A stretch of DNA of 63,813 bases, counting the filler, from Chrysochromulina tobinii (taxonomy: Eukaryota), in NCBI GenBank assembly GCA_001275005.1. It is 8 parts of 8 records of this genome, joined end to end, with 100 filler letters (N's around TTAATTAATTAA, not from the genome) between each part and the next. Parts side by side here need not be neighbours in the genome. Positions count along the whole stretch, not along the records: positions 36,445 to 50,598 come from JWZX01001084.1; positions 50,699 to 55,776 come from JWZX01001085.1; 6 more parts are not named here. One strand, given 5' to 3'. Within the stretch, counting starts at the first letter, position 1. Every line of letters begins with the position of its first letter. Under the pieces are notes generated by a model. It saw nothing but the letters and a program-made list of their open reading frames with translations. It did no database searches and was not told where the DNA came from. A program made the translations under genes and the position numbers. Positions 41,801 through 50,845 of the stretch are shown one piece after another.

Positions 41801-44420
41801 CAAGGTGTTTGCATACCGTCGGGCATTCTTCACAAGCAGATGGAATCTGATCGACTTTGTGATCGTGTGCAGCTCGCTTCTCAGCCTGTTCCCGTTCTTC
41901 TCGATGTTCCAAACGCTACGCGTGATGCGCGTGCTCCGCCCGCTGCGGTTGCTCATTCGCAACCCAAGCATGAAGGTCGTCATTGAGACCTTGGTCAGCA
42001 CAATCCCAGCAGTGATCAACGTCCAGGTCTTTGTGATGGGCCTCATGGGCATCTTCACCCTCGTTGGCATGCAGCTATTCATGGGCACATTCGCTTCGTG
42101 CACGACTCGGGCTCTGACCACGCGCGCCCTCTGCCTCGCCAGTGAGACATCTGCCAGCACTGAAGCCTCCCTGCCCCTGCCCGAAGTGATGCCTGAGAAT
42201 CGGCGTGTGCTTCGTGGCTCGGGGCAGCGTGTGGGGTCGCGCGAGAACATATGGCTCAATCCCGACGAGGGCAACTTCGACTCGTTTGGAGATTCGATGC
42301 TGACCCTCTTCATTGCAATGACGGGCGACAATATGCCCCGACTGATGTGGATCGGGATGGATGCGGAGGGCGTGGACGTGGCCCCTGTGCGCAAGGACTG
42401 GTCTTACGCCGCCATCTACTTCTTGGCTTGGCATGTCGTCGGGACGTTCATGTCACTCAATCTGTTCGTTGGGGCCATCGTCGAGACGTTTTCCAAACTA
42501 CGGAAGAGAGGCGACGGCATGGCTTTAATGACACCGGCTCAGCAGCACTGGACCGACCTGCTGCGTGATGTTCGGCTCATGACCCCGATTAGCATCTTTC
42601 GGCCGCCTACCCAGGACTCGTGGCTGGCACGAAACATTCGTATGCCGCTGTACAGGCTGGCGACCTCGCGCTATCTCGAGTATGCCGCGTACTTTGTGAT
42701 CTCCGCCAACTTGGTACAGCTCTGCGGGGATTACTTCCGCATCGAGGAGAACGAGCTGCATCATGCCATGTACGAGGCGTTCACGACCATGTTCCGCATC
42801 ATGTACCTTTTGGAGTTCCTGATCAAGATAATGGGTCTGGGCGTGCAAGGCTACTTTTCGTCGGGAAGCCGACGCGTCGAGTTTTTGCTGCTGGTGGCTA
42901 CAGGATTAGAATGCACGCAGGGCGCTTCGGATGCGCTCTTTCCTCCGATGCTCCTCCGATTCCTGCGCCTTGTCAGGGTGCTCCGCATCCTTCGACTCCT
43001 GGGCGACCGTCGTCTTCGTCGCATACGCGAGCTTCTGCAGACGCTACTACTCTGTCTACCCGCTGTGATGAACGTCGCCTCCGTCCTATTCCTCGTGATG
43101 TCCATCTATGCCGTGCTCGGCATGCAGCTCTTCCCGTTCGTCAAGCGCGGCAAGAGCCTCAACGAGTACTCCAACTTCGAGTCCTACGGCAGAGCCATGC
43201 TGCTTCTCTTTCAAGTACTAACAGGCGACGATTGGTACATGATAATGCGCGATGCCGCTATCGACTACGACCATGGCTGCAACCCGGATGCAGTCCCATC
43301 CGACTGTGGCACCGCTCTCGCGATCCCCTTTTTCGTCTCGTTTGTGCTGATCGGCGCCTTCATCTTTCTCAACCTCATCGTGGCGGTGGTGCTCGAGTGT
43401 TATGACGCGTTGCGTGCTTGGAAGGATGCGAGTGAGCTGGCGGAGCAGAGCGGCAAGCCTGGCTTCATCTCCACGGACCACCTAATTGAGTTTCAGGAGC
43501 TGTGGGCTGAGTATGCGAAGGACAATCGGGATGACGAGGGCTTTTCCGCCATTCATTTCAAGGACCTTCCCAGCCTTGTGTCCCAGCTCACCTATCCACT
43601 CGGCCTTCGCCGCAAGGAGGACGAGGGCAAAGTCGTTAGCTACGCCACGATCAATTTCGACGAGGCACAGAGGCTCGGTGCTGCCGCACGACTAAGCGAG
43701 AACAGGGCGTCCTCCAGGAATCTCTTGGCCTCCCGCGATCTATTGAGGACGCCGTCGGCCAATCTCTTGGCTAGTGCACGAGCGAGCTCCTCACAGAGCG
43801 ACCCGGTGCACGGGCGGGCACAGGAGCGAGAGGCGATTCACTTCTGCTTGCAGATCAAAGGGCTGCGAGGCAAGGTGGACAGCCCGGAATGGCTTGATTT
43901 TCATGATACGGCCATCGCACTGATCCACCACAGTTTCACAAGGAGCGACGTCGCATCGCCCTTTGAGTGCATCCCGCCAGAGCACGCCGGAGAGAGCGCA
44001 ACGTTCCGAGAGCTGGAACGCTTCGAAGCAGAGGATGCTCGAGTCCACGCCTTCAATGAACGCTTCCGACGTACCTTTGTTGGACCCTCCGCTGTTGAAC
44101 GCTTCCGACGTTCCGTGGTTGGACTCTCCGCTGTGTCGGGCAACAACGGTGCCACCACGCCGGGCAGACTCCCGCGCTCTTTGTTCAAGAAACCGGCGAC
44201 AGTGGGATCGGTCTCCGCATCGGCCAGGGCCTCAGCGCCCGCGCCGGTTGTCGCATTGCTGATCTCGGCGGCTGCAGATCCCGCGAAGGCGGCCGCAGCG
44301 CCCGAGGGACAGGTTTCAGCAGCCGTGGCGCCGACGGCCAGCCTGGCATCGCCGACAAAGCCGACGCCGAGAAGCAGGCCGCTATCGCCGACAAACAGGC
44401 CGGTACCCGCCATGGTGTGA
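38856..44420 (+). CDS. Four-domain voltage-gated cation channel alpha subunit (Cav/Nav superfamily) with EF-hands in the I-II linker
   Basis: A 1854-aa single ORF with four 6TM repeats. S4 segments: RSMMRCFRSLR, IRLLRIVRVVRTIR, LRVMRVLRPLR, LRFLRLVRVLRILR. P-loops: LMIDGW, FAIDL, MTGDNM, LTGDDW. EF-hands: DTNQDGQVSAGEF and DTNQDGRLSRAEI. Confidence 0.95.
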   Translation: MANPSVLMGSSHEDANSITSPRLHDLSADAALLRYHLGIPESANLAQTIEEACKILQLAGELREEPSIVVKAERCLAVLESKIEGHNQRSKTAWGLAVHQEPRRTCLWLVDSPAINNLVLVVILANCVLMAMDVPTGVSPELGIFMERANHFFLGFYTLELLARVVALGLHCEPGGFFSDPFTVFEGSIVVVSWIVLLVPTDTHAVRSMMRCFRSLRMLFVLKEIPGMSELFNTARQCIPSVGNVAGLAFGILLIMGVAGVQFFRGAYHFRCADEGITAYAHSHHLPLRVRGHLQLDDQPAPEGDFSWQQRFDTKGIFCFSQHDRCPKGTVCYEFENNPAGELSFDSTLKATIPVLLTLMIDGWAEQMFNLMDAVGWSAVPYFVIMVTFGGFLVLQLFLAVISDTFVCIEQQRRARGPREDVVASFFDITDPDGDGLNHGELMNFLRTEGDIYHSFDTNQDGQVSAGEFEEGVKKVFKSLDTNQDGRLSRAEIEQGMKKLLSTKELRSTRSSGSVHGGAVLQPGNAPMGGLIEPPRSQSMMAALTKPIEALVTAPYFMYSVNLLVLSNLVIMALPYHNEPIERTRLLEDISNVLSCIFIAEFGLRNVGLGLKRYWGNPWNVVDGSLAVLSIGEFMLQSVASHGLTHGEDPSSFISTIRLLRIVRVVRTIRLAREWPTMYRNILAFVRAIPQVANLLILMCCVVFIFAIVGMQVFGLTNLSARRDSHSHFESFGAAALTVFESFAIDLSDVARACYEAAGLLPTMLYFVPVLVIGKLALMNLFVAILLDAFRNNVGEKESDESEQLQSSLSPRYEPTSIIDEPKADADAKAKLIGSFDAEAAESGRAGGADSEFDEQRMTLMQRLASQQQKMAGVFSRLLRWTRHPSIDVPLELELLTTDSKMRDTAAAIVSDYRFEIVITFLIVVSTFCLVLDGPRQEPKFLCSDFPTDSSEYDECANATLKPYLEVANVCLTIIFTLEASLKVFAYRRAFFTSRWNLIDFVIVCSSLLSLFPFFSMFQTLRVMRVLRPLRLLIRNPSMKVVIETLVSTIPAVINVQVFVMGLMGIFTLVGMQLFMGTFASCTTRALTTRALCLASETSASTEASLPLPEVMPENRRVLRGSGQRVGSRENIWLNPDEGNFDSFGDSMLTLFIAMTGDNMPRLMWIGMDAEGVDVAPVRKDWSYAAIYFLAWHVVGTFMSLNLFVGAIVETFSKLRKRGDGMALMTPAQQHWTDLLRDVRLMTPISIFRPPTQDSWLARNIRMPLYRLATSRYLEYAAYFVISANLVQLCGDYFRIEENELHHAMYEAFTTMFRIMYLLEFLIKIMGLGVQGYFSSGSRRVEFLLLVATGLECTQGASDALFPPMLLRFLRLVRVLRILRLLGDRRLRRIRELLQTLLLCLPAVMNVASVLFLVMSIYAVLGMQLFPFVKRGKSLNEYSNFESYGRAMLLLFQVLTGDDWYMIMRDAAIDYDHGCNPDAVPSDCGTALAIPFFVSFVLIGAFIFLNLIVAVVLECYDALRAWKDASELAEQSGKPGFISTDHLIEFQELWAEYAKDNRDDEGFSAIHFKDLPSLVSQLTYPLGLRRKEDEGKVVSYATINFDEAQRLGAAARLSENRASSRNLLASRDLLRTPSANLLASARASSSQSDPVHGRAQEREAIHFCLQIKGLRGKVDSPEWLDFHDTAIALIHHSFTRSDVASPFECIPPEHAGESATFRELERFEAEDARVHAFNERFRRTFVGPSAVERFRRSVVGLSAVSGNNGATTPGRLPRSLFKKPATVGSVSASARASAPAPVVALLISAAADPAKAAAAPEGQVSAAVAPTASLASPTKPTPRSRPLSPTNRPVPAMV

Positions 44421-44732
44421 ATGTGTGTGTGTGTAATGTGAATGTGTGTCTACCCGCGCTCTATACCATTTACATTAAACGAGTCTCCTCGGACCGCCCG
44501 GGCCGGCACCGGGTCACGTCACCGTCGCTACCCGGGCTCGCGGCTCCGTCAGCCCGGTCATTGTGTGTAGACTGAAGACTCGCGCACACGTTGGGCACTT
44601 CCAGTTCCACGACCACGTCTATCGCGTATCCAATGTTTTCGCCCGTCGCCCGACTTCCCGAAGGGCAAGGGCGAACCTTTTCGTTTGGTTACGGTTCACG
44701 GCCAGTACGGTTAACGGTATCCGTTGATCCGT

Positions 44733-45608
44733 TCAGAACTTACGCGTGCCCGCAATGCCCACGCCCGGATGATAGATCTTCTCATCTTTCTCATCTAGGT
44801 CCATCTCCACAGGGACCTCCACCGCATTCACCCATCGCCACGCAGCCGTCGCGCCCATGGCTGTGACGGCGAAGCACGCGAGAATGGCGAGCAGTTTCGA
44901 GAGGCCCGTCTCGAAGATGAGACCGCCGGAGCGCTTGAGCAGAATAGAGCAATCGGAGCCGCCGTAATTGGGATAACACGTGCACACGCCATGAAGGCAC
45001 GTACCAGAGTCGCTGCATCCGTTGGCGCACGTCGTGACGCCATCCAGGTCGTGCTCGCACGCAGCCCCTTGAAAACCGGTCAAGCACTTGCACACATCGG
45101 CGCTGTGGCCGGGGCTTCCCGTGGCGGCGCAAATGCCGCGCCCGTTGCACGGCTTTCCCGTACTTGCCACGTATCCTGGGCATCCTTGAACGCAACCCGC
45201 TCCATAGTAGCCAGCGAAGCACGCGCACTTGCCACTGATGCATTCTCCGTGACCTGAGCACTCGGGCTCAGAGCAGTTTACGGGCGTGTGGTCGACGCAT
45301 CCATCGCCACTGAAACCTTCGGCGCACACGCAGTGCAGAATCCCCCCCTTGGGCCACTTTGTACACCGACCATGAGGCCACGAGCAGTTGAACGGGCACG
45401 ACAGGGCGAACTCGTGGGTCTCGCAAGCCTCGCCACTGTACCCTCGGTCGCAGTTGCATTGTGACGTTGCGCGAGAGGGGTGGGAGACGCACGAGCCGTG
45501 CCCTGAACAAACCATCCCTGGGGCTGAGCTCGGGCAAAACTCGCCAAGTTGTTCTTTCGCGCTTTCCACGGACGAGTAGGTGATGGCGAGTACGTGTTGG
45601 ATCAACAT
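44733..45608 (-). CDS. EGF-like (tenascin/teneurin-type) repeat membrane protein
   Basis: Repeated CSGHG.C...C.C..G(Y/F).G..C x~5 and a C-terminal TM, LLAILACFAVTAMGATAAW. The start is uncertain (45608 or 45803). Confidence 0.85.
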   Translation of the reverse strand: MLIQHVLAITYSSVESAKEQLGEFCPSSAPGMVCSGHGSCVSHPSRATSQCNCDRGYSGEACETHEFALSCPFNCSWPHGRCTKWPKGGILHCVCAEGFSGDGCVDHTPVNCSEPECSGHGECISGKCACFAGYYGAGCVQGCPGYVASTGKPCNGRGICAATGSPGHSADVCKCLTGFQGAACEHDLDGVTTCANGCSDSGTCLHGVCTCYPNYGGSDCSILLKRSGGLIFETGLSKLLAILACFAVTAMGATAAWRWVNAVEVPVEMDLDEKDEKIYHPGVGIAGTRKF

Positions 45609-46256
45609 GTTGATCCGACCCGTCAATCTCCAAAAATGGAGCGCTGTCTCGAGCACTTTTTGGGGCACAGTCATTGTCATTACAATTGTATCAGTGGACA
45701 CTAGGGACCACTGAAGCCTCTCGGTGCGGTGCCGCGCCTTGTCGCAATGGACACGATTTAGACGACGGTTCAACACGGTGCCGCGACCGTAGTACTTGTA
45801 CATGTGTTCGCCATGTTATGTCTATTTAAAATACATGTATGCCTTCTATCCGACCGTGCGTGATTGAGTTTTTATCCAAACAAGCTACCCGACAGTTATG
45901 AAGGGACCCCCTGGTGTGCAGTGGGGACATTTGCCGACGGGTTAAGCCAGTCGCCGGGTCGCCGCTTAAGTCGCCGCAACGACCTACCGTGGTACCGTAC
46001 GTCCGAACGTGCTGTTTCGTGTTTGGCTTTGCGCCGGGGAGACCCGGTCTTAAGCCCGGACGAGGGTCGTATTCACTATTCAGCAACTATTCACGTTCGG
46101 ACTTCGGTTCAGATTATTACTCCGACTATACCTTCAACCCTTATTCAACCCAAGCTTCAACCTTGTACCTTGTAAGCATACCTAACAGAAGCCCTAGCCT
46201 ATCGAATGTGCTCACGAAGCCAGCAGTGGAGGTGAGAGTTGGCTTGACGGGCACCA

Positions 46257-46955
46257 TCAGAATTCGAGCCCCAAGCCAGACGTGAGGCCATTTACAAGTG
46301 CTCCTGTCGGGTTTAGGCAGTCGAGGCGCAAAGCGTTGCTCGGGATCGCGCGCTGCCCATGCTCCTCCCACCGCGGCCAGCAGTACGAAGACCACCAGCA
46401 GCTGTACTCGACGGCGGTCACCCCGAGCGACTCGTACGACGGCTTGCCCAGGTGCGACCGCTGCCACTTGCGACGCCAGAGGGCTTCCATTGCAATCAGG
46501 TCGTCGCCGTCAGCGTCGAGCACGACGTGGTGATCGCACATGGCCCGCACGCGCCCGGCGCCCGGGTGGGCGCTGAAAAGGAGGTGGCCCTCGACTACAA
46601 TCAGCCGCGGTGGCGTTCGATCCTGAGCGGCATCAGCGGAGTCGCCTGCATCTGCCCCTGCCACCACAGTCATTGCTACGTCTCGTTCAAGAGCGTGCCA
46701 GTCAATGCTGCTAGGCACATTAAAGTCGGCGTTTCCGCGCGCAACAAATGGAGCTGGAACGATTCCCGAGGGCCACGGTAGCGCGTGCAAATCCAATTTC
46801 GAGCAGCGCGAAGGCGGCAGGTGATGGCGGTCAGCATTGACAATTGCAACGTGCTGAGGCCAGCGTTGCTGCAGTGCTGAGGCCAGCGTCGTCTTGCCAG
46901 CCGCGGTACAGCCGGAGAGGCACACGACCACGGTGTCTAAATGCGGACCGCGCAT
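46257..46955 (-). CDS. Nicotinamide riboside kinase / uridine kinase-like P-loop kinase
   Basis: VVCLSGCTAAGKTTLA, IVNADRHH, FNVPSSIDW and LIVVEGHLLF. Confidence 0.75.
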   Translation of the reverse strand: MRGPHLDTVVVCLSGCTAAGKTTLASALQQRWPQHVAIVNADRHHLPPSRCSKLDLHALPWPSGIVPAPFVARGNADFNVPSSIDWHALERDVAMTVVAGADAGDSADAAQDRTPPRLIVVEGHLLFSAHPGAGRVRAMCDHHVVLDADGDDLIAMEALWRRKWQRSHLGKPSYESLGVTAVEYSCWWSSYCWPRWEEHGQRAIPSNALRLDCLNPTGALVNGLTSGLGLEF

Positions 46956-47186
46956 CCAAAGTCACGAGCTAGGCCGACGCCTTCCGCGCTCCTCGGTGAG
47001 CTCTTCTGGAACGCTGTACGAATGAATCCCGACAAGCGACATGCAGGCGCCCACCAAGGCGCTTCACGATGGGAAGCGCAGGTTCCAGGTTGAGGTCTCA
47101 ACAGCGGGCTTTGAATTACCTGCTGGGTGTGCTGTTGTGCACAGGTCATGACGCTTACTGAACACGCAACTTCAACAGAAACCGCC

Positions 47187-48047
47187 TCAACTCTGACTGA
47201 CACGGACAGGGGATGGATGACGACGGAGGCTCTCGGAATCACCCTCGTCATCCGTCTCCTGGCCGTGCAGCGGCAACCTCAGCAGCGTCTCCTTTCGCTG
47301 ACTGCCCTCATCGAGAATGCGGCGGCGGCGCTCGGCGAGTAACTTGGCTACCTCATCCCAATCGTCGACTTCGCAGGACGCCTCCAGGGCTATCGTCGTG
47401 CTCACCATGACTTCCGTCGTGCGCTGTTCGATCTCGCCAATGGTCTCCTTGCGATGCCGCCGCCGCGCGGCCTCCTGCTCTGCAATTGCATGCGCTCGCC
47501 TCTCGAGGTCGTGACGAACCTCTTCCACGACCGCCGCCCTTTCGGCGATGAACTTATCAATCGCCGCGTACGCAGGGGACAAGGTCTGATCTCGGCCAAC
47601 GGTTCGCCACGTAGAGAGCTGCAGCGGCCTCGTCTGCTCCTGGGCGATGAGGACTGCTGTGCGGCCGAACACGTCGCGGCGACATCTTGGGTCAGCGCCA
47701 CGCACCAGGAGGAGGTTGATCATGGGCGTTGTAACATGTGAGGGTAATGTGCCCTCTGCCTCGATGACCTTCATGAGCGGCGTGTGCACAAGGTCGTCGA
47801 CGACGTCCACCGTTGCTCGAGCGCCAATCAACGCATCTGCAATCTCAACGTGGCCACGCGACGCCGCCCCGTGCAGCGCTGTGAGTCCACTAACATCTCG
47901 CGCGTCAACGTCCACGCCTGCAGCCATGTAGGCCAGGACGCCCTTCAGATTACCATTCAGCGCCGCCGATCGCAGATGTGCCTCCGCGGCCTGCTTCGCC
48001 TTGAGGAGCGGCGGCGGCGGTGGAGGAGGCTTGGGACCAATGTGCAT
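47187..48047 (-). CDS. Ankyrin-repeat protein with a C-terminal coiled coil
   Basis: AALNGNL, VDARDVSGLTALHGAASRGHVEIADALI, TPLM and LLLVRGADP. Confidence 0.85.
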   Translation of the reverse strand: MHIGPKPPPPPPPLLKAKQAAEAHLRSAALNGNLKGVLAYMAAGVDVDARDVSGLTALHGAASRGHVEIADALIGARATVDVVDDLVHTPLMKVIEAEGTLPSHVTTPMINLLLVRGADPRCRRDVFGRTAVLIAQEQTRPLQLSTWRTVGRDQTLSPAYAAIDKFIAERAAVVEEVRHDLERRAHAIAEQEAARRRHRKETIGEIEQRTTEVMVSTTIALEASCEVDDWDEVAKLLAERRRRILDEGSQRKETLLRLPLHGQETDDEGDSESLRRHPSPVRVSQS

Positions 48048-48318
48048 GTTCGCGTTTTTCCCGGGCTCAACTGCGCGTTGCGTTCCGCTGCAATGATGTG
48101 CAGCAATGATGGGCTTTCATGCGAAAGGGTCAGTTGAATCGACACACAAGGTACCGACCAGCCGTTAACAGCGAAACGAGTCACAGCCTGAGAAACACAT
48201 AAGTACACATGTATCAAGTGTGGAAAGGCGGCGCAGGGGAAGACGACCGATCTGGGGCCAACACGGACGCCAAAAGATTCGGCAATCTCCGTGCTGCAAA
48301 AGATACAATCGCTATACA

Positions 48319-49422
48319 ATGGCTTACTCCTTGGTCGCTGTTGCCCTGGCCTTCTCGCCGGCGAGCAACCGAGCGCCCGCGACGGGCCGCTCGATAGCGG
48401 TTCGCATGGCAGGGGACTCCTCGGTGCTCATCATCCAGAACAAGGGCGGTGGCCACGGCGAGATTGGCTACCACCTCGCTCTGCAGCTGGCCAAGGACAA
48501 AGGCATGCCGGTCACAATCTTGCACGAAGGGCCGAACAAAGGCAAGCCGCCGCACAATGCGTACGGCGACCTGGATGCCGCAGGCGTCACGGTCCACTGG
48601 TGCGATAACCTCGAGGACTCGGCGGCTTGCCTTGCGGCGCTCGGCGGCGCTCGCTTCACGGCAGTTGTGGACAACTGGTCCAAGAGCCCTGAGCAGATCA
48701 AGCCGTACGCGGAGGCGGCCAAGGGCTGGGGCGTGACGAACTACGCGTACGTATCCTCGGCGGGCATGTACACGCCCGCCAAGGGCGAGAAGGGCGCGAT
48801 CGCTGAGACGTGCGCTGTCAAGAGCTCTGAGCAGCGACAAGCTGAGGAACTCATCGCCGCGATGGGCCTGCCATACTCCTACTTCCGGCCGCAGTACATC
48901 TACGGGCCGAAGCAGGGCAAGAGCTACCTGAGCTTCTTCTTCGACCGGCTCACGCGCGGCCGGCCGGTGCCCGTGCCTAATGACGGCAAGCAGAGCGTCA
49001 CGATGACGCATGCGGCTGACAACGCCGCGATGATCGCCGCGGCGATCGGCAACGAGAAGGCAGTGGGAGAGGCGTTCAACTGCGCGACGACGCTGCTGAT
49101 CACGTACGACGAGCTCGTCCGCAGGTGCGCGGGTGCGGCGGGCGTCGACTGCGAGATTGCATACTACGACCCCAAAGGCTTCGTCAAGCCGAGCGACGAT
49201 TTCAAGTTCGGCTTCCCTTTCCGAGACACCCCCTTTTTCGTCTCGGCTGAGAAGGCGAAGACGCTGCTCGGCTTCGAGCCCAAGCACGACATCGCCAAGG
49301 ACATAGGCTGGTACTTTGAGAGCAACTACAAGGCGAGCGGCGCCATGGAGAAGGCCAAGAAGCTCAGCTTCGAGGATGACGACCTCGTGTTGACTGCGAA
49401 GCTCACCGCCGCGGCCAAGTGA
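48319..49422 (+). CDS. CSP41a: Chloroplast stem-loop RNA-binding protein CSP41a-like (extended SDR/epimerase fold)
   Basis: VLIIQNKGGGHGEIGYHLA, YVSSAGMY, FRPQYIYGP, FFFDRLTRGRPVPVP and FPFR..FF. Bipartite targeting peptide MAYSLVAVALA-F. Confidence 0.85.
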   Translation: MAYSLVAVALAFSPASNRAPATGRSIAVRMAGDSSVLIIQNKGGGHGEIGYHLALQLAKDKGMPVTILHEGPNKGKPPHNAYGDLDAAGVTVHWCDNLEDSAACLAALGGARFTAVVDNWSKSPEQIKPYAEAAKGWGVTNYAYVSSAGMYTPAKGEKGAIAETCAVKSSEQRQAEELIAAMGLPYSYFRPQYIYGPKQGKSYLSFFFDRLTRGRPVPVPNDGKQSVTMTHAADNAAMIAAAIGNEKAVGEAFNCATTLLITYDELVRRCAGAAGVDCEIAYYDPKGFVKPSDDFKFGFPFRDTPFFVSAEKAKTLLGFEPKHDIAKDIGWYFESNYKASGAMEKAKKLSFEDDDLVLTAKLTAAAK

Positions 49423-50138
49423 GGGGACGACGCACCCATAGGCTCCTCTCGAAGGCTCCTCCCCCGCGAAGCCGCACGCGGAGCTAGGGGAGCTCAAGTG
49501 ACGCGTCGGCCGTTGCGTGTCGTGCACCGCTCTCACCGCACGCGGCCACTGCGCCGCATTAGACCAGTGCATGTTACGCGAGCGGGCGCGTGGAAAGCGG
49601 TGGCCGGTCCGCGGTCGAGTCGGTGGCCGAGGGCGGAGGCAATCATGACCGCTTCTTTTGAGCCCGACGTGACCGGAGATCGGGTTTGTCCGTTTCGTTC
49701 TTCGGTTTCGGTTTCGTTACTAAACAGTTAGGAGTTTTACCCGGCGGGCCGCCGGGTGCCGTCCGCTGTGGAGGCAGGACCAGGAGGGTCGAGGGACCGG
49801 ACCGTTTGCGACGACGACGTACGTAGCGGCGGCGCGTCGCACCTCGCGATCGGACGTCCGTTAGCGCCAACCTCGTCGCCCGCCACGGCGCCCTCGTCGC
49901 CCGCCACGTGAACTACATATGCACTCGCTCCCGCTCGCGGCTGCCCCGGCCTCGGTCGCAGCCGAGCTGAGGCCGGCGAGCGTGCCCGTGTGGAAGGCCG
50001 GCGAGCGTCCCCCGTGACAACTTGCGGCCGTGCTGCACTTCTCTGCCCGCAATACAGGGGCGGGCGGCGTGTGGCTGCACGCTGCCACTGCTCGAGGATC
50101 TGGCTATCGCCAACAAATTAGGCCTTGGACGGGCGGTC

Positions 50139-50598
50139 TTACTCGAGGATCTGGCCATCGTCTAGGCTCGCTTTGGCGGCGCTGTCAGCCGGCTCGCCGC
50201 CGCTGCCTACTGGCGCGCCGCCGCTGCCTCGCCGCTCGCGCTCCTCATCGCGCCTCCGGTCCCGTGTCGCGTAGTCACCGCCGCGGTCGCCGCCGCGGTC
50301 GCCGCCGCGGTCGCCAGCGCGCTCTCCGCCGCGGTCGCCAGCGCGGTCATAGTAGTCATCATCGCGCCGATGTTCGCGTCGATCGTCGCCACGGTCGTAC
50401 CCGCGATCATCTTCTCGCCGCCGATCGTATGAGTAATCGTCGCGCCGACGGCGCTCGAAGTCGTCGCCACCACGGCGCGTGTCCCGGTCACGTTCTCGGT
50501 CGCGGTCGCCGCCACCATAGCTGGAGCCACCATACCCAGCGCCGCCGTAGCCGCCGCCGCGGTCGCCGCCGTAGCCGCCGCCGCGGTCGCCGCCCCGA
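50139..50598 (-). CDS. C-terminal RGG/RD-rich low-complexity tail of a probable RNA-binding or splicing protein (5' partial; absent from the ORF track)
   Basis: A minus-strand frame reads GGDRGGYGGDRGGGYGG...DRDRERDRDTRRGGDDFERRRRDDYSYDRR...LDDGQILE and stops at TAA 50139. Confidence 0.65.
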
Positions 50599-50698
50599 NN
50601 NNNNNNNNNNNNNNNNNNNNNNNNNNNNNNNNNNNNNNNNNNTTAATTAATTAANNNNNNNNNNNNNNNNNNNNNNNNNNNNNNNNNNNNNNNNNNNN
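50599..50698. other. Artificial contig linker
   Basis: N-TTAATTAATTAA-N. Confidence 0.97.
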
Positions 50699-50845
50699 GA
50701 CGAATCGCATGTTACGTCAAAAACAGTGCGCCGCGCACCCGGGTATCCACTCCACCGTAGCTGTCAAGTGTCATTTGGCTTGAATCCCTAGCTATTTCAT
50801 CACGCAGTTGAATCCCTATTTTCTTAACCAGTTGAGTCCCTATTT

